Positions 1 to 9,692 of a DNA stretch of 64,000 nucleotides are shown here, in pieces. The notes under the pieces were generated by a model, which was not told the origin of the DNA, made no database searches, and saw only the letters and a list, made by a program, of their open reading frames with translations. How positions within the stretch are numbered: the first letter of the stretch is position 1; every line of letters begins with the position of its first letter. The stretch comes from Deltaproteobacteria bacterium CG11_big_fil_rev_8_21_14_0_20_47_16 (GTDB lineage: Bacteria > UBA10199 > GCA-002796325 > 1-14-0-20-47-16), in the NCBI GenBank assembly GCA_002796325.1, contig PCXA01000006.1, forward strand, positions 970 to 64,969, in the 5' to 3' direction. The position numbers were made by a program, and so were the translations under genes.

Positions 1-767
1 TGCGCACCCGCAATCTCTAAAACACGATCATAAACACCCTGTTCGGTAAAGTGTGCGGGCCGGAGCATCTGCCCCCCACGAAGCAAAATGACCGCCTGTT
101 CTTCATAAGGAATACGCGGTTCAAATTCACGACCGAAAACTTCAGTACCAAAGAAGGCAACAGTAACTGGCGTTGAGTGTGTAAACAAGTGGTGAAACAG
201 TTGGGGCCAAATGGACTCTGCAAGCGAACTATGGGACGATATATACCCATCCGAATGGCCAGCCTGTGCTTCTGCTGGTTTACAAAGTGGTGTTTGACCA
301 ATTCCCTTAGCAAACAGCGTAGCCGTTGTCCCGTCTGGGGTAGCGCGCACAATATATCCTCCGCGACCATCACCCAGGTTGCGTTCGCTTTGAACATACC
401 GAGAAGCGCGCACGGTTACAGTTTCGGCACCTGGTGCAGCTTCAGCAACAGGGCGCAGTGCAAATCGGTCTGAAAGTGCCTTCAAGAACGCCGCATTGAC
501 AGGAAATGGCGCCTTTCCCAACAAATCACCTAAGCCATAGCGTCTCGCTGCATTGGGATCAACATAGTTGCATACAGCACGTGTGGGAGCAGCAGAAAAT
601 GGTTCTAACTGTCCATCAAGAACAGCTCTAACACCTGGCAATTCGCTATCTGCCATTGCCTGATAAATTCCATTATTGTCCACACGCGGCAATGCTTCAA
701 GTTCAAGCCGTGTTACAATTCGGGTTGCTCTTCCTTCACCGAGACTTTGTAATCGAGGAATGGCCAT
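1..767 (-). CDS. Divergent SelO/YdiU-like (pseudokinase AMPylase fold) protein, 3'-truncated by window edge
   Basis: Not in ORF track (runs off window). Manual translation from ATG at 767 (AGGAG upstream): MAIPRLQ...RNLGDGRGGYIV...LFAKGIGQTPLCK...HSDGYISSHSSLAE, matching order of SelO motifs QLGDGRA, LKGxGxTPY, DGRAVLRSSxRE. Confidence 0.6.
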   Translation of the reverse strand, partial: MAIPRLQSLGEGRATRIVTRLELEALPRVDNNGIYQAMADSELPGVRAVLDGQLEPFSAAPTRAVCNYVDPNAARRYGLGDLLGKAPFPVNAAFLKALSDRFALRPVAEAAPGAETVTVRASRYVQSERNLGDGRGGYIVRATPDGTTATLFAKGIGQTPLCKPAEAQAGHSDGYISSHSSLAESIWPQLFHHLFTHSTPVTVAFFGTEVFGREFEPRIPYEEQAVILLRGGQMLRPAHFTEQGVYDRVLEIAGA

Positions 768-778
768 TCTCGCTTCTC

Positions 779-2200
779 CTATACTAAGTTATCTTCACCT
801 TCATGCGTCTGCACATAGTTCTCTTCTTTGTAACGGCGTGAAATAAGTGCAAACAAAACAGTATTAATCATCATCAGACCTGCAAAGAACAAAAAGTAAG
901 AGGGCCCTTCGAGAATTACGGAGCCGTCGTCTCTCTGGATGACAAAATTCACAACAGCCGCAAACAGGTTTCCAACTGACATGGAGAGCATCCACAAGCC
1001 CATGATGAAGGACTTCATACTATTGGGGGCTTGCGTGTATGAAAATTCCAAACCCGTTACTGACAGCATAATTTCACCAGATGTTAACAAAAGATATCCC
1101 ACTAACTGCCAAGCCACATTCACTTGATCACCACCGCGGATATGCGCCTCGATAATAGCAGCAACCACATATGAAAGTGCCGCCAAACACATACCAATTG
1201 CCATCTTTCTCATGGGCCTCAACTCATAAACCTTGTTCACAGCAGGATAAATCACGCCCGTAAAGAGCGGAATCAACAGAAGAACCAAAATTGGATTGGC
1301 AGCTTTGATTTGTGCTGCAAGTATTTCGAAATGCAACCAATCGTACTGGAACACCCAGAATCGCAGATCAATCACTCGATTCATTTGTTGCGCTTGTAAA
1401 ACCCACGCAGAACCACCCTGATCAAATAACGCCCAGAAGATGGAAACAAACAGGTAAAGAACGCTCAAGCTAATAATTGCTTTCTTACCCTGAGGACTAA
1501 AAATATCTTTCTTGTATTGCGCCCAACCGACCGGTGGCATGATGACACTCTTCTTTTTACCGATACGAAAGACGATTGTTGCCAACAACATCAAAATACC
1601 AGGAAAACCAAAAGCAACACTGGGACCATAATTCTTGAGTAAAAGTGGCGTAATAATCACAGAAAGGAATGCACCAACGTTAATTGCAAGGTAGAAAATA
1701 CCAAAAATCTTCTCAAGCATGTTTTCATTTTTTGCAGTAAACTGATCGCCCACGTTGGAAGATACAACTGGTTTAATACCACCTGCACCCATTGCAATTA
1801 GCGTGAGCCCAAGAGTTAACCCCATTCGCGTATCATCCAACGCCAAACACAGGTGACCCAGACAATAGACAACCGAAAGCCACAAAATTGTTTTGTATTT
1901 ACCCCAGAAAATATCTGCAACAAGGGATCCCAAAATTGGGAAGAAGTAGTTTGCAGAATTAAACATGTGATACCAACCACGGGCATCTGCAACTGACATT
2001 GTATCTAAAACATTGTCTTTATTCACAAGATACTGTGTCATGAAGATCACCAGGATGGCCTTCATGCCATAGTAGCTAAACCGTTCTGCCAGCTCATTAC
2101 CCACAAGGTAAGGAATACTGCGCGGCATCTTCTGCGCTGAGTTATTCGCAACCGCGACTAACTCACCATCACAAACTGCTTCAGTGGATTGACTGCTCAT
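779..2200 (-). CDS. POT/PTR family proton-dependent oligopeptide transporter
   Basis: ELAERFSYYGM (ExxERFxYYG) and GAGGIKP motifs, many TM helices; likely start ATG 2200 after AAGGGG. Confidence 0.93.
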   Translation of the reverse strand: MSSQSTEAVCDGELVAVANNSAQKMPRSIPYLVGNELAERFSYYGMKAILVIFMTQYLVNKDNVLDTMSVADARGWYHMFNSANYFFPILGSLVADIFWGKYKTILWLSVVYCLGHLCLALDDTRMGLTLGLTLIAMGAGGIKPVVSSNVGDQFTAKNENMLEKIFGIFYLAINVGAFLSVIITPLLLKNYGPSVAFGFPGILMLLATIVFRIGKKKSVIMPPVGWAQYKKDIFSPQGKKAIISLSVLYLFVSIFWALFDQGGSAWVLQAQQMNRVIDLRFWVFQYDWLHFEILAAQIKAANPILVLLLIPLFTGVIYPAVNKVYELRPMRKMAIGMCLAALSYVVAAIIEAHIRGGDQVNVAWQLVGYLLLTSGEIMLSVTGLEFSYTQAPNSMKSFIMGLWMLSMSVGNLFAAVVNFVIQRDDGSVILEGPSYFLFFAGLMMINTVLFALISRRYKEENYVQTHEGEDNLV

Positions 2201-2370
2201 AACACCCCTTTTATTTAGATCATGCGTGAAGCCAACTATTTCGTTGGACTTCCCCATCTATATTAAGAGCCTCGTAATCACCAAAAGAAAAATGGCTCAA
2301 AATAACTTTTTTAAGGGTCCGCTTTTCGCACGCCAACACTACTCGGACACCAATGGTGTTCACTATTAGT

Positions 2371-2396
2371 TATCGGTTAATTTTCAAAAAAGTTGC
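2371..2396 (-). promoter_or_regulatory. sigma28-like promoter GCAAC-N15-CCGATA
   Basis: Minus strand GCAACTTTTTTGAAAATTAACCGATA, ~170 nt upstream of POT gene; one of 7 copies. Confidence 0.65.
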
Positions 2397-2535
2397 GCCA
2401 AAATAAAAATCTATTTAAAAAGGGATAGATAGATAAGTTCTTAGACCAGGCTAACTTGTCACACAAAGTTCACATTTCAATTTATACCATAAATCATTGA
2501 AATGAGTGACTCGCACTGATAGCAGGGAAAACCCT

Positions 2536-3936
2536 ATGAAAAACAATCCTTACGCTCCATTTGTTGAAGTATTTTGGGAACATCAAATCCTTCCGACATT
2601 CCATGATTTTTTGCGTATACCTAACGTATCCCCCGCTTTCGACCCCAATTGGATCAAAAATGGTCATATGGAGAAGGCAATCCAACTTATATCAAAATGG
2701 ATTCAAGCACAGGATCTTCCAGGTGCAACATTGCACATAGAACGACTACCCCAACGTACCCCACTACTCATTGTCGACATCCCAGGCACAATAAAGAAAA
2801 ATGTCCTGATCTATGGACACCTTGATAAACAACCTGAGGCAAGTGGCTGGCTCCCAGGCCTTGGGCCATGGGCACCCGTCGTCAAAGATAACAAGCTATA
2901 CGCACGCGGTACAGTCGATGACGGCTATGCCGTTTTTGCTGCAGTGGGGGCCATCAAGGCTGCCCTCGAGCAAAAGCTACCGCTACCCCACATTGTTCTA
3001 TTAATTGAATGTGCAGAAGAAACAGGATCCGAAGACCTTGAAGCATATTGTGATCATTGCAGCGCACTAATTGGTTCACCTGATTTGATTGTGTGCCTCG
3101 ATGCAGGGGGTGCCAACTACGACCAACTATGGATTTCCACTTCTCAGCGTGGCGTTGTGACGGGCACATTGAAGGTACAAGTTTTGGAAACAGGTGCCCA
3201 TTCCGGTGGCGCCAGTGGCGTTGTTCCCTCCTCATTTCGTATCTTGAGACAACTCCTGGATCGTATCGAAGACGCTAATACGGGCAACATCTCCATTGAA
3301 GCTTTACATGCACCGATTCCGCCACAGCGTCTTGCAGAGGCAAAGGACCTAGCCACGTTTTTGGGTAATACTGTGCATCGTGCATACACATTTCCTCAGG
3401 GAACACTCCCAATGAGCAATGACCCACTCGAATTAATTCTCAATCGATCATGGCGCCCAACCTTATCCTATATTGGTCAGGACGGTATGCCACCAAGCCA
3501 AACGGGTGGCAATATGTTGCGGCCCTTCACTCAATTAAAATTAAGTTTTCGCCTACCACCCACAGTATCCGCAACACATGCCGCAAAGGCAATCCAGACA
3601 ACGCTAACACAGGACCCACCTTATGGTGCAAAGGTCTCATTTGATATTGATGGTGCTGATAATGGCTGGGTTGTTCCAGAGTCTGGACCAAAATTAACCC
3701 AACTGGTAACAGAAGCCTGCCAAATGTCATATGGCAAGCCTCCCATGTTTATGGGTCTTGGTGGATCGATTCCATTTTTAGCATCTTTTGGCCAAAAGTT
3801 TCCCAACGCAGAGTTTATTGTAACGGGTGCATTAGGGCCCGGCAGTAACGCACATGGACCCAATGAATTTTTGGATATTCCGTTTACAAAGAGGTTAATC
3901 GCCAGCCTTGCCTACATTTTGGGGAGATGTGGTTGA
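2536..3936 (+). CDS. M20 family metallopeptidase (dipeptidase/DapE-like)
   Basis: YGHLDKQP, LYARGTVDD, EETGS, HSG, NAHGPNE motifs. Confidence 0.92.
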   Translation: MKNNPYAPFVEVFWEHQILPTFHDFLRIPNVSPAFDPNWIKNGHMEKAIQLISKWIQAQDLPGATLHIERLPQRTPLLIVDIPGTIKKNVLIYGHLDKQPEASGWLPGLGPWAPVVKDNKLYARGTVDDGYAVFAAVGAIKAALEQKLPLPHIVLLIECAEETGSEDLEAYCDHCSALIGSPDLIVCLDAGGANYDQLWISTSQRGVVTGTLKVQVLETGAHSGGASGVVPSSFRILRQLLDRIEDANTGNISIEALHAPIPPQRLAEAKDLATFLGNTVHRAYTFPQGTLPMSNDPLELILNRSWRPTLSYIGQDGMPPSQTGGNMLRPFTQLKLSFRLPPTVSATHAAKAIQTTLTQDPPYGAKVSFDIDGADNGWVVPESGPKLTQLVTEACQMSYGKPPMFMGLGGSIPFLASFGQKFPNAEFIVTGALGPGSNAHGPNEFLDIPFTKRLIASLAYILGRCG

Positions 3937-6726
3937 TCCACTTGGAACAGACAATCCAAATGCTGAGAAAAGTTGTTCAGAATCCAAATTGGGTCGCTCT
4001 GTGTGTAACACAGCTTGAATTTCAGAACGCTGCCTCTGAATTTCCTCCATGAAGAAATCCCGTGCAACAGGATCACGCTGTACCAAATAGACAAAACCGG
4101 GGTCTGAAATAATACCTGCCAAGAGACGGCGGGCTGCTTGTGGATCTTGAGATAATTGCTTAATGTACATTTTGGTTACAAGACCCAAATCCTTTGCCGT
4201 GTAATACCCAGTAGGCAACAAATTACCCAATCGCAGACTAAGAACAAACTCACGGCCTTCGGTATCAGTGATACTCGCCTCTTCCCGATGTAAATTGGCA
4301 AGCGCTTGTGCACGTTCTATTGGACGATTTTCATAGCTCAAATCCTCCTCAAGACTACGAACCCACATTCTGGGTGGTTCACCATGTGCAACATCGTTAA
4401 TGGGCTCAAACAAACCAGCAAGGATTAACAAGCCCGGTAAGAAGGCCAAATAGTTATTAAATCGTTCAGGGCGCACCATGCCACGCACACCTGGTGTAAA
4501 TAATAAATTCACAAAGCCACTCACGAAAACACGACCACCTGATACAAGCCATGTTGATGGATCTGTATAACCAGTGAGCGCCTTAGTTGAAATTGTAATT
4601 GGCGCTGATAGAGGACCGCTAACCAACGTTGTTGCTGAAATGGCTGGGAGCCGACCATATCGCACCCCTTGCCTCACTGAACGACCCAAAAACTGCCACC
4701 AAGGAACAGGTGATCCCTCGACTTTAGGAAAACGCAAATCATCAAGAGCCGTCATATCACCAGGTGGTACTTGAATAGCGATTGCTTCTTCAGGTAGATT
4801 TCTAACAACATTTTGTGGGGCACATCGAGGTGCAGGAACCACCAACTTGATTTTCCCCTCACGAATCAGCCTTGATAATGTACTACGACCATTCAGAGAC
4901 ATAACCAATCCCACACTATTTACAGGAAAGTTCACCATACTCGGATAATCGGTTGATGTTTCAACAGAATCTGGATCCACCAATGAGCCAAGAGAGTTGG
5001 CACCGCGCTCCCACTCACGACGTTCCATAGCCAAAGTCACCACTCCCATGTTCATGGACTCAATCACTGCACGAGACACTGGTACCAAAGGGGACTTGGG
5101 CTGAACCACGTAACGCTGTTGTCCAGCGATAGTTGCAATCGCGCCATAGACTGCATCATCGGGAGTATTGGGATCTGTCAGTTCAATTGTCAAATTCGTG
5201 GGCCACAAAGCACTATGCAATGCACTTCTCACGGGTGCAGGCGTCAGATGTAATGGAGAAAAGAATATGGCACGTGGACGCACTCCACTGACAAAGGGGC
5301 GACGACTAATTGCACGAGCCAGTTGCGGCATCAACGTTGCTGCAGGGCCTTGGAATTGAACTGTATATGTCCCCGAACCTGGCATTTCTCGACGTGAAGG
5401 GAGACCCTGATGTGATTTATGGTGCTTGAGCACTCCAGAAGTAACCATCAGACCATTTTGCGGCAGTTCATTCAAATTAATATCTTGTTTTAGAATAAGA
5501 ACACGGCCCGTTCCTTTGGCCTTTCTTTGCCAGTAAACACGATCTCTTATAGCCACACCATCCGCCCAAGCACGTGTGGCATCATTGTCTGCCAGACGAC
5601 TTCCTGCAATTAGAACCGTAGCCCGATTGACCTGAGTGAAATGAGCATCTGTAACATTGCGATTCCTAATGTTCTGAATGGTAGTTACTGTCACCACACC
5701 ACCCTGATCACGAACCACACCACGCAGCGTCAAAAACTCCGTATAGGGGATTCCAGAAATTGTTGCAGTAACAGGCGTATTCGCTAATTGCTGAGTAGCA
5801 GCAGCAACATTTGCATCTTGTAGATGTGCAGCTTCAATTGAAAATTTAAATCGACCTCTACCTGTACGAAACAACTCTCTAACATTTTCTACAGTTGCTT
5901 CGAACAATCTATCACCAGATAGAATTGTCGGTTCATGTCGTGTACGATCACGCATAAAGACATGTTGGAAAACAAGTCCAGGTAGACGGAATGTCAGTCG
6001 GGATACCAACGACCACGCACCAAGGAACGCCCACATACCCATCACTAAAAAGTTGGCTGTCGATGCACCATAGTTGGAACGGAAACTGGAAAGCACAAAC
6101 CCGTCACGCAAAAGGGCAGAAATTGTGTATGGTGCCGTGTAAATCCAGCCCACCATCAAAAGCGTGCCTGCAGCACCAGTCAAACCAACACTCTCCGCCA
6201 ATGTGGTGACCCCACCCACAATGGGACGCTTCCGATAGTCTTGCATGATAACCATTGAAATGCCCGACAAAAGCAGTAACGCTGTAAGTGGTTTGAACCA
6301 GTCATACGCTGTGCCCGTCACGCGATCGACTTCTATTCCTGCAGCATTAAGTCCCTCTACAACACGATCCATAATGCGACCTGGGTGCTGAATTGGAGAA
6401 AAGAAACTATGATCTTCTGAGATGCCTTTGGTACGAAACACATGTGTACCTCTATTCACACCTCGCTTCATGGCTTGTTCAACGATATCGACAGGGACAA
6501 CATTTGGATCAGTAAATATTTGTAGAGGGCTAGCAGACATTGAAGGATCAACAATGGAAGTTGTGGGCGCTTGTGCATCAGCAGAAGCTGGTACAATTGA
6601 TGCACCAGTAAGCCCTGCCGTGCCAATGGCAATACGAGCCGCCCACTCTCCCAATTGGTTTCGCGTTCTTAAACCAAGAGGTTCGGGCGTAACTCTGATC
6701 TTACCCATTTTACCCATTCCACCCAT
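3895..6726 (-). CDS. Large orphan protein (943 aa) with several hydrophobic segments
   Basis: Long ORF with SD GAAGGGA; no recognisable family motif. Confidence 0.8.
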   Translation of the reverse strand: MGGMGKMGKIRVTPEPLGLRTRNQLGEWAARIAIGTAGLTGASIVPASADAQAPTTSIVDPSMSASPLQIFTDPNVVPVDIVEQAMKRGVNRGTHVFRTKGISEDHSFFSPIQHPGRIMDRVVEGLNAAGIEVDRVTGTAYDWFKPLTALLLLSGISMVIMQDYRKRPIVGGVTTLAESVGLTGAAGTLLMVGWIYTAPYTISALLRDGFVLSSFRSNYGASTANFLVMGMWAFLGAWSLVSRLTFRLPGLVFQHVFMRDRTRHEPTILSGDRLFEATVENVRELFRTGRGRFKFSIEAAHLQDANVAAATQQLANTPVTATISGIPYTEFLTLRGVVRDQGGVVTVTTIQNIRNRNVTDAHFTQVNRATVLIAGSRLADNDATRAWADGVAIRDRVYWQRKAKGTGRVLILKQDINLNELPQNGLMVTSGVLKHHKSHQGLPSRREMPGSGTYTVQFQGPAATLMPQLARAISRRPFVSGVRPRAIFFSPLHLTPAPVRSALHSALWPTNLTIELTDPNTPDDAVYGAIATIAGQQRYVVQPKSPLVPVSRAVIESMNMGVVTLAMERREWERGANSLGSLVDPDSVETSTDYPSMVNFPVNSVGLVMSLNGRSTLSRLIREGKIKLVVPAPRCAPQNVVRNLPEEAIAIQVPPGDMTALDDLRFPKVEGSPVPWWQFLGRSVRQGVRYGRLPAISATTLVSGPLSAPITISTKALTGYTDPSTWLVSGGRVFVSGFVNLLFTPGVRGMVRPERFNNYLAFLPGLLILAGLFEPINDVAHGEPPRMWVRSLEEDLSYENRPIERAQALANLHREEASITDTEGREFVLSLRLGNLLPTGYYTAKDLGLVTKMYIKQLSQDPQAARRLLAGIISDPGFVYLVQRDPVARDFFMEEIQRQRSEIQAVLHTERPNLDSEQLFSAFGLSVPSGSTTSPQNVGKAGD

Positions 6727-6747
6727 TCAACAGTCCCTTCAATTATA

Positions 6748-6773
6748 TATCGGCACATCACAACAAAAGTTGC
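6748..6773 (-). promoter_or_regulatory. sigma28-like promoter GCAAC-N15-CCGATA
   Basis: Minus strand GCAACTTTTGTTGTGATGTGCCGATA, 22 nt upstream of ATG 6726. Confidence 0.75.
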
Positions 6774-6785
6774 TTAACGACGATG

Positions 6786-9425
6786 TTATTTCACTAGCAC
6801 AATTTCAGTCGAACCTGAGAGACTCACTCCAGTATCTGGTATCAGTATAAATGACAGACTTTCACCATCAGATCCCCGCCAAGTAAAGAGGAACGTGCCT
6901 TTCCCAAGATCCTGAAGAGAAAACAATCGTTTTATTCCAGAAAGCGCCTGCAGCAACCCCTGCATCTCAGGATTGTATACAAAAAGTTCTGTAGCAATTT
7001 CATGGACATTGGCCGCTTTGAAGGCTGAAACCAGCTGAGAAATATCCCTTAAAGATTCTTCCGCATCTGCGTATTCCTTTGCACGAGTCCGCAATTCCCC
7101 ACTCTGCTGGATCACCGTTACGTCTTGATCATCAAAAAGTGGGAGCTTTAAGAAGTCCAACTCCTCTTTGCATTGCGCAACGCGTTTGGCCATCAACGCA
7201 CGCCCATATTCGATACTACCAATTGGATCATTAGCCCAACGCTCTCTAAAAACGTCTTCCTGAATATCCAATGACAGTCTCTGATCATCAAAATATTTGA
7301 AACGCTTTTGTATCGCTTCATTCAGGTGGACTTTTACTACCGACTCCAAATTTTTTAGTGGCGGTAACTTGGAAAGCACTTCGTTACCCACTCTTAATGC
7401 AACCAAGAATCCAAGCTGTTTGACCAATGACTGACGTGAGTAAGCTTTTTCAAGTGTATCCAAAGGATTAAATGGAGCATCCGCAAAAAATTCCTGCCGC
7501 ATCATATCCATCGGCGTCCAAGCACCAGCAAAGAATGTGTACGTCGGCAACATCTGCGCTGCCTCACTCCCTAAAGTGACAAGACGCGTGCCATACCATG
7601 TGGCTGCACGAGCACCCAGAGCACCGGTCAACGAACCCCTTGTCCACTCACCCATCGGCCTACCATATTTAAGTGCAATCTTACCCAGAGCACCAAACAA
7701 CACAGTATTAGAAGCAACTTCATAACTCCATCCACCCACACCATCAGGGACTTCCTGATCTACCCAAACATTGCCAAGAGAATTCGAGCTCACTGTAAAG
7801 GTAGCTGCGTTAGCCAAAAGAGAACCAAACTGAATGGCACGTGTAGAATAATTGGCGGCAATCATCGCTGCCTCAACTTCTCCAGCTACCACTCCTGCGA
7901 TACCGGCGCTTGCAGCGGTCACCAAAACCATGGCACCCATATAATTATAAAATGCAATATCTTGGTATTTACCGGCCAATGTAAACAAAGATTGAAACCG
8001 TGGCGTTCCCACTGCAGTAATATACGAGTGTTGTGCGCTAAAAAGTTGTTTCAATGCTTCTGTATTATTCCCAGCTTTGAACGCAACATCTGCTGCTAAA
8101 ATTGCACTATGTGCGGCATCCACTTGCATCATAATTGGCTTCAGAATACGGCTATATTCCGGCACACCAGGAACCAATATCCACCAATTTCCTCGAAATG
8201 ACTTGTCCATTACTTGTAAAATGTCGCGGGATGTTGCGATCACTTTCTTCATCTTAGCGATGCCTTCTTCGGGAGTCATCGAAGGCGATTTGTACGATTC
8301 CGCAGCTTGAGCCATTTCTTCCATACGTTTTACAACGCTGGCACGACGATTGGTAATGTCTGCAAGACGCTTCCAGGGCTCGCCACCCCAATATTCAAAT
8401 TTCTGCTCTGCTCGATTCCACGTTGCATTTGCAGTCAGTTCCGATTTCTGGTGCTCAACACTCGCATCATCATGATTCAAAGTTCTAAATACATTGTCAT
8501 ATTCTGAAACAAGCGATGTATCCTTAATTGCACTGTAAGATTTTTGGAGTGCTTGTTCGTTCAAATGATCTGCCGGAAGTGTAGAGGGATTAAACCCATC
8601 CACAATCTCGGGGTATTCCTTTGCATAATGGCCCAACCATGGAAAATCGCTTCCAACAAGTGGGCTTGTATATTGTTTAAGCTGGGTAACGGCCTTCTTG
8701 TAACGTTGTGTCACCTGATCATATTGCGCCAACAACTGTATATGCTGAGCAACACCCTTTAAAAGGCTTGCACCGCGCGTATTAAGTGACTCATTCTGAC
8801 TATTCATAGCCGCAATGCCAATAAAAAAATCATCAACAACAACTTGGGCAAGCGGAGTTGCGTATTTGATAACGTTATCTTTAGCCATCAACGATCGCAA
8901 ATTTTGCGAGACTGTAACCAGGCGTGTTATGATCGGAATGTACGATGCTACCCATCGTAATTCTTCATCAAATGAAGCCAGTGATTTTGAATCTTGCCAC
9001 CATGCAGACCGCTTAATGGGGCTATCAACCCCAGCCTCGATTCCATTCATGGACTCAACAAAACCAAGGAGCATCCGTTTGAATTTCAAAATACCAATGG
9101 CAGCACCTGCCGAATAATCTCCCGTTGCACTTGACTCATCAAACCATTTTTTATGGGTTTCCAAAAATTTCTTAATTTCATCAGTCAAAACACGGCGGTC
9201 TTCCAACCAGACGCGAACGTCTGCATAATCGTTGTGGAGAGGTGAAAATAATCGATTTTCCGGAAGCGTGATATTAAACGAAGGTAACTCACCAATATTT
9301 AAGTATTTTTCTACACTTGTACCATTTGATTGTGTTTGACCAAACACCCCCAGTTGGGCAGGTGTCAACGACTGGAGTGGCGGTGTCACTTGGGGGACAC
9401 CTATCCCGACTTTCACATTTCCCAC
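6786..9425 (-). CDS. Large orphan alpha-helical protein (879 aa) with central Gly/Ala-rich hydrophobic region
   Basis: Long ORF, GTG start after AGGGG; hydrophobic stretch YMGAMVLVTAASAGIAGVVAG. Confidence 0.8.
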   Translation of the reverse strand: MGNVKVGIGVPQVTPPLQSLTPAQLGVFGQTQSNGTSVEKYLNIGELPSFNITLPENRLFSPLHNDYADVRVWLEDRRVLTDEIKKFLETHKKWFDESSATGDYSAGAAIGILKFKRMLLGFVESMNGIEAGVDSPIKRSAWWQDSKSLASFDEELRWVASYIPIITRLVTVSQNLRSLMAKDNVIKYATPLAQVVVDDFFIGIAAMNSQNESLNTRGASLLKGVAQHIQLLAQYDQVTQRYKKAVTQLKQYTSPLVGSDFPWLGHYAKEYPEIVDGFNPSTLPADHLNEQALQKSYSAIKDTSLVSEYDNVFRTLNHDDASVEHQKSELTANATWNRAEQKFEYWGGEPWKRLADITNRRASVVKRMEEMAQAAESYKSPSMTPEEGIAKMKKVIATSRDILQVMDKSFRGNWWILVPGVPEYSRILKPIMMQVDAAHSAILAADVAFKAGNNTEALKQLFSAQHSYITAVGTPRFQSLFTLAGKYQDIAFYNYMGAMVLVTAASAGIAGVVAGEVEAAMIAANYSTRAIQFGSLLANAATFTVSSNSLGNVWVDQEVPDGVGGWSYEVASNTVLFGALGKIALKYGRPMGEWTRGSLTGALGARAATWYGTRLVTLGSEAAQMLPTYTFFAGAWTPMDMMRQEFFADAPFNPLDTLEKAYSRQSLVKQLGFLVALRVGNEVLSKLPPLKNLESVVKVHLNEAIQKRFKYFDDQRLSLDIQEDVFRERWANDPIGSIEYGRALMAKRVAQCKEELDFLKLPLFDDQDVTVIQQSGELRTRAKEYADAEESLRDISQLVSAFKAANVHEIATELFVYNPEMQGLLQALSGIKRLFSLQDLGKGTFLFTWRGSDGESLSFILIPDTGVSLSGSTEIVLVK

Positions 9426-9485
9426 ACGATCACCCCTAACATGTCAATTTGCATATACAACCAGGCTGCACATGCCCTAATTACT

Positions 9486-9511
9486 TATCGTCATTTTTCT
9501 AAAAAAGTTGC
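9486..9511 (-). promoter_or_regulatory. sigma28-like promoter GCAAC-N15-ACGATA
   Basis: Minus strand GCAACTTTTTTAGAAAAATGACGATA upstream of 879-aa ORF. Confidence 0.7.
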
Positions 9512-9571
9512 TTATAGCATCTCAACCCAGCTAGAAATGCGATCCATGCTGAAAAAAAATAGAAAATCTAA

Positions 9572-9597
9572 GCAACTTTTTTAGCAGGAAACCGATA
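9572..9597 (+). promoter_or_regulatory. sigma28-like promoter GCAAC-N15-CCGATA
   Basis: GCAACTTTTTTAGCAGGAAACCGATA upstream of amidoligase-like ORF; divergent from the 9486-9511 copy. Confidence 0.75.
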
Positions 9598-9692
9598 TTG
9601 GGTATGAGACGAAGCGGGCATTTTCTATTGCCCTGTAACATGGGTTCTGATTAGGTTTAACCAACTGAGTGTATTCACTCATCGAGGTTACG

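Noticed and set aside
2201-2370. Riboswitch in the long POT transporter leader
   Set aside because: No recognisable aptamer consensus or terminator by eye; needs an Rfam scan
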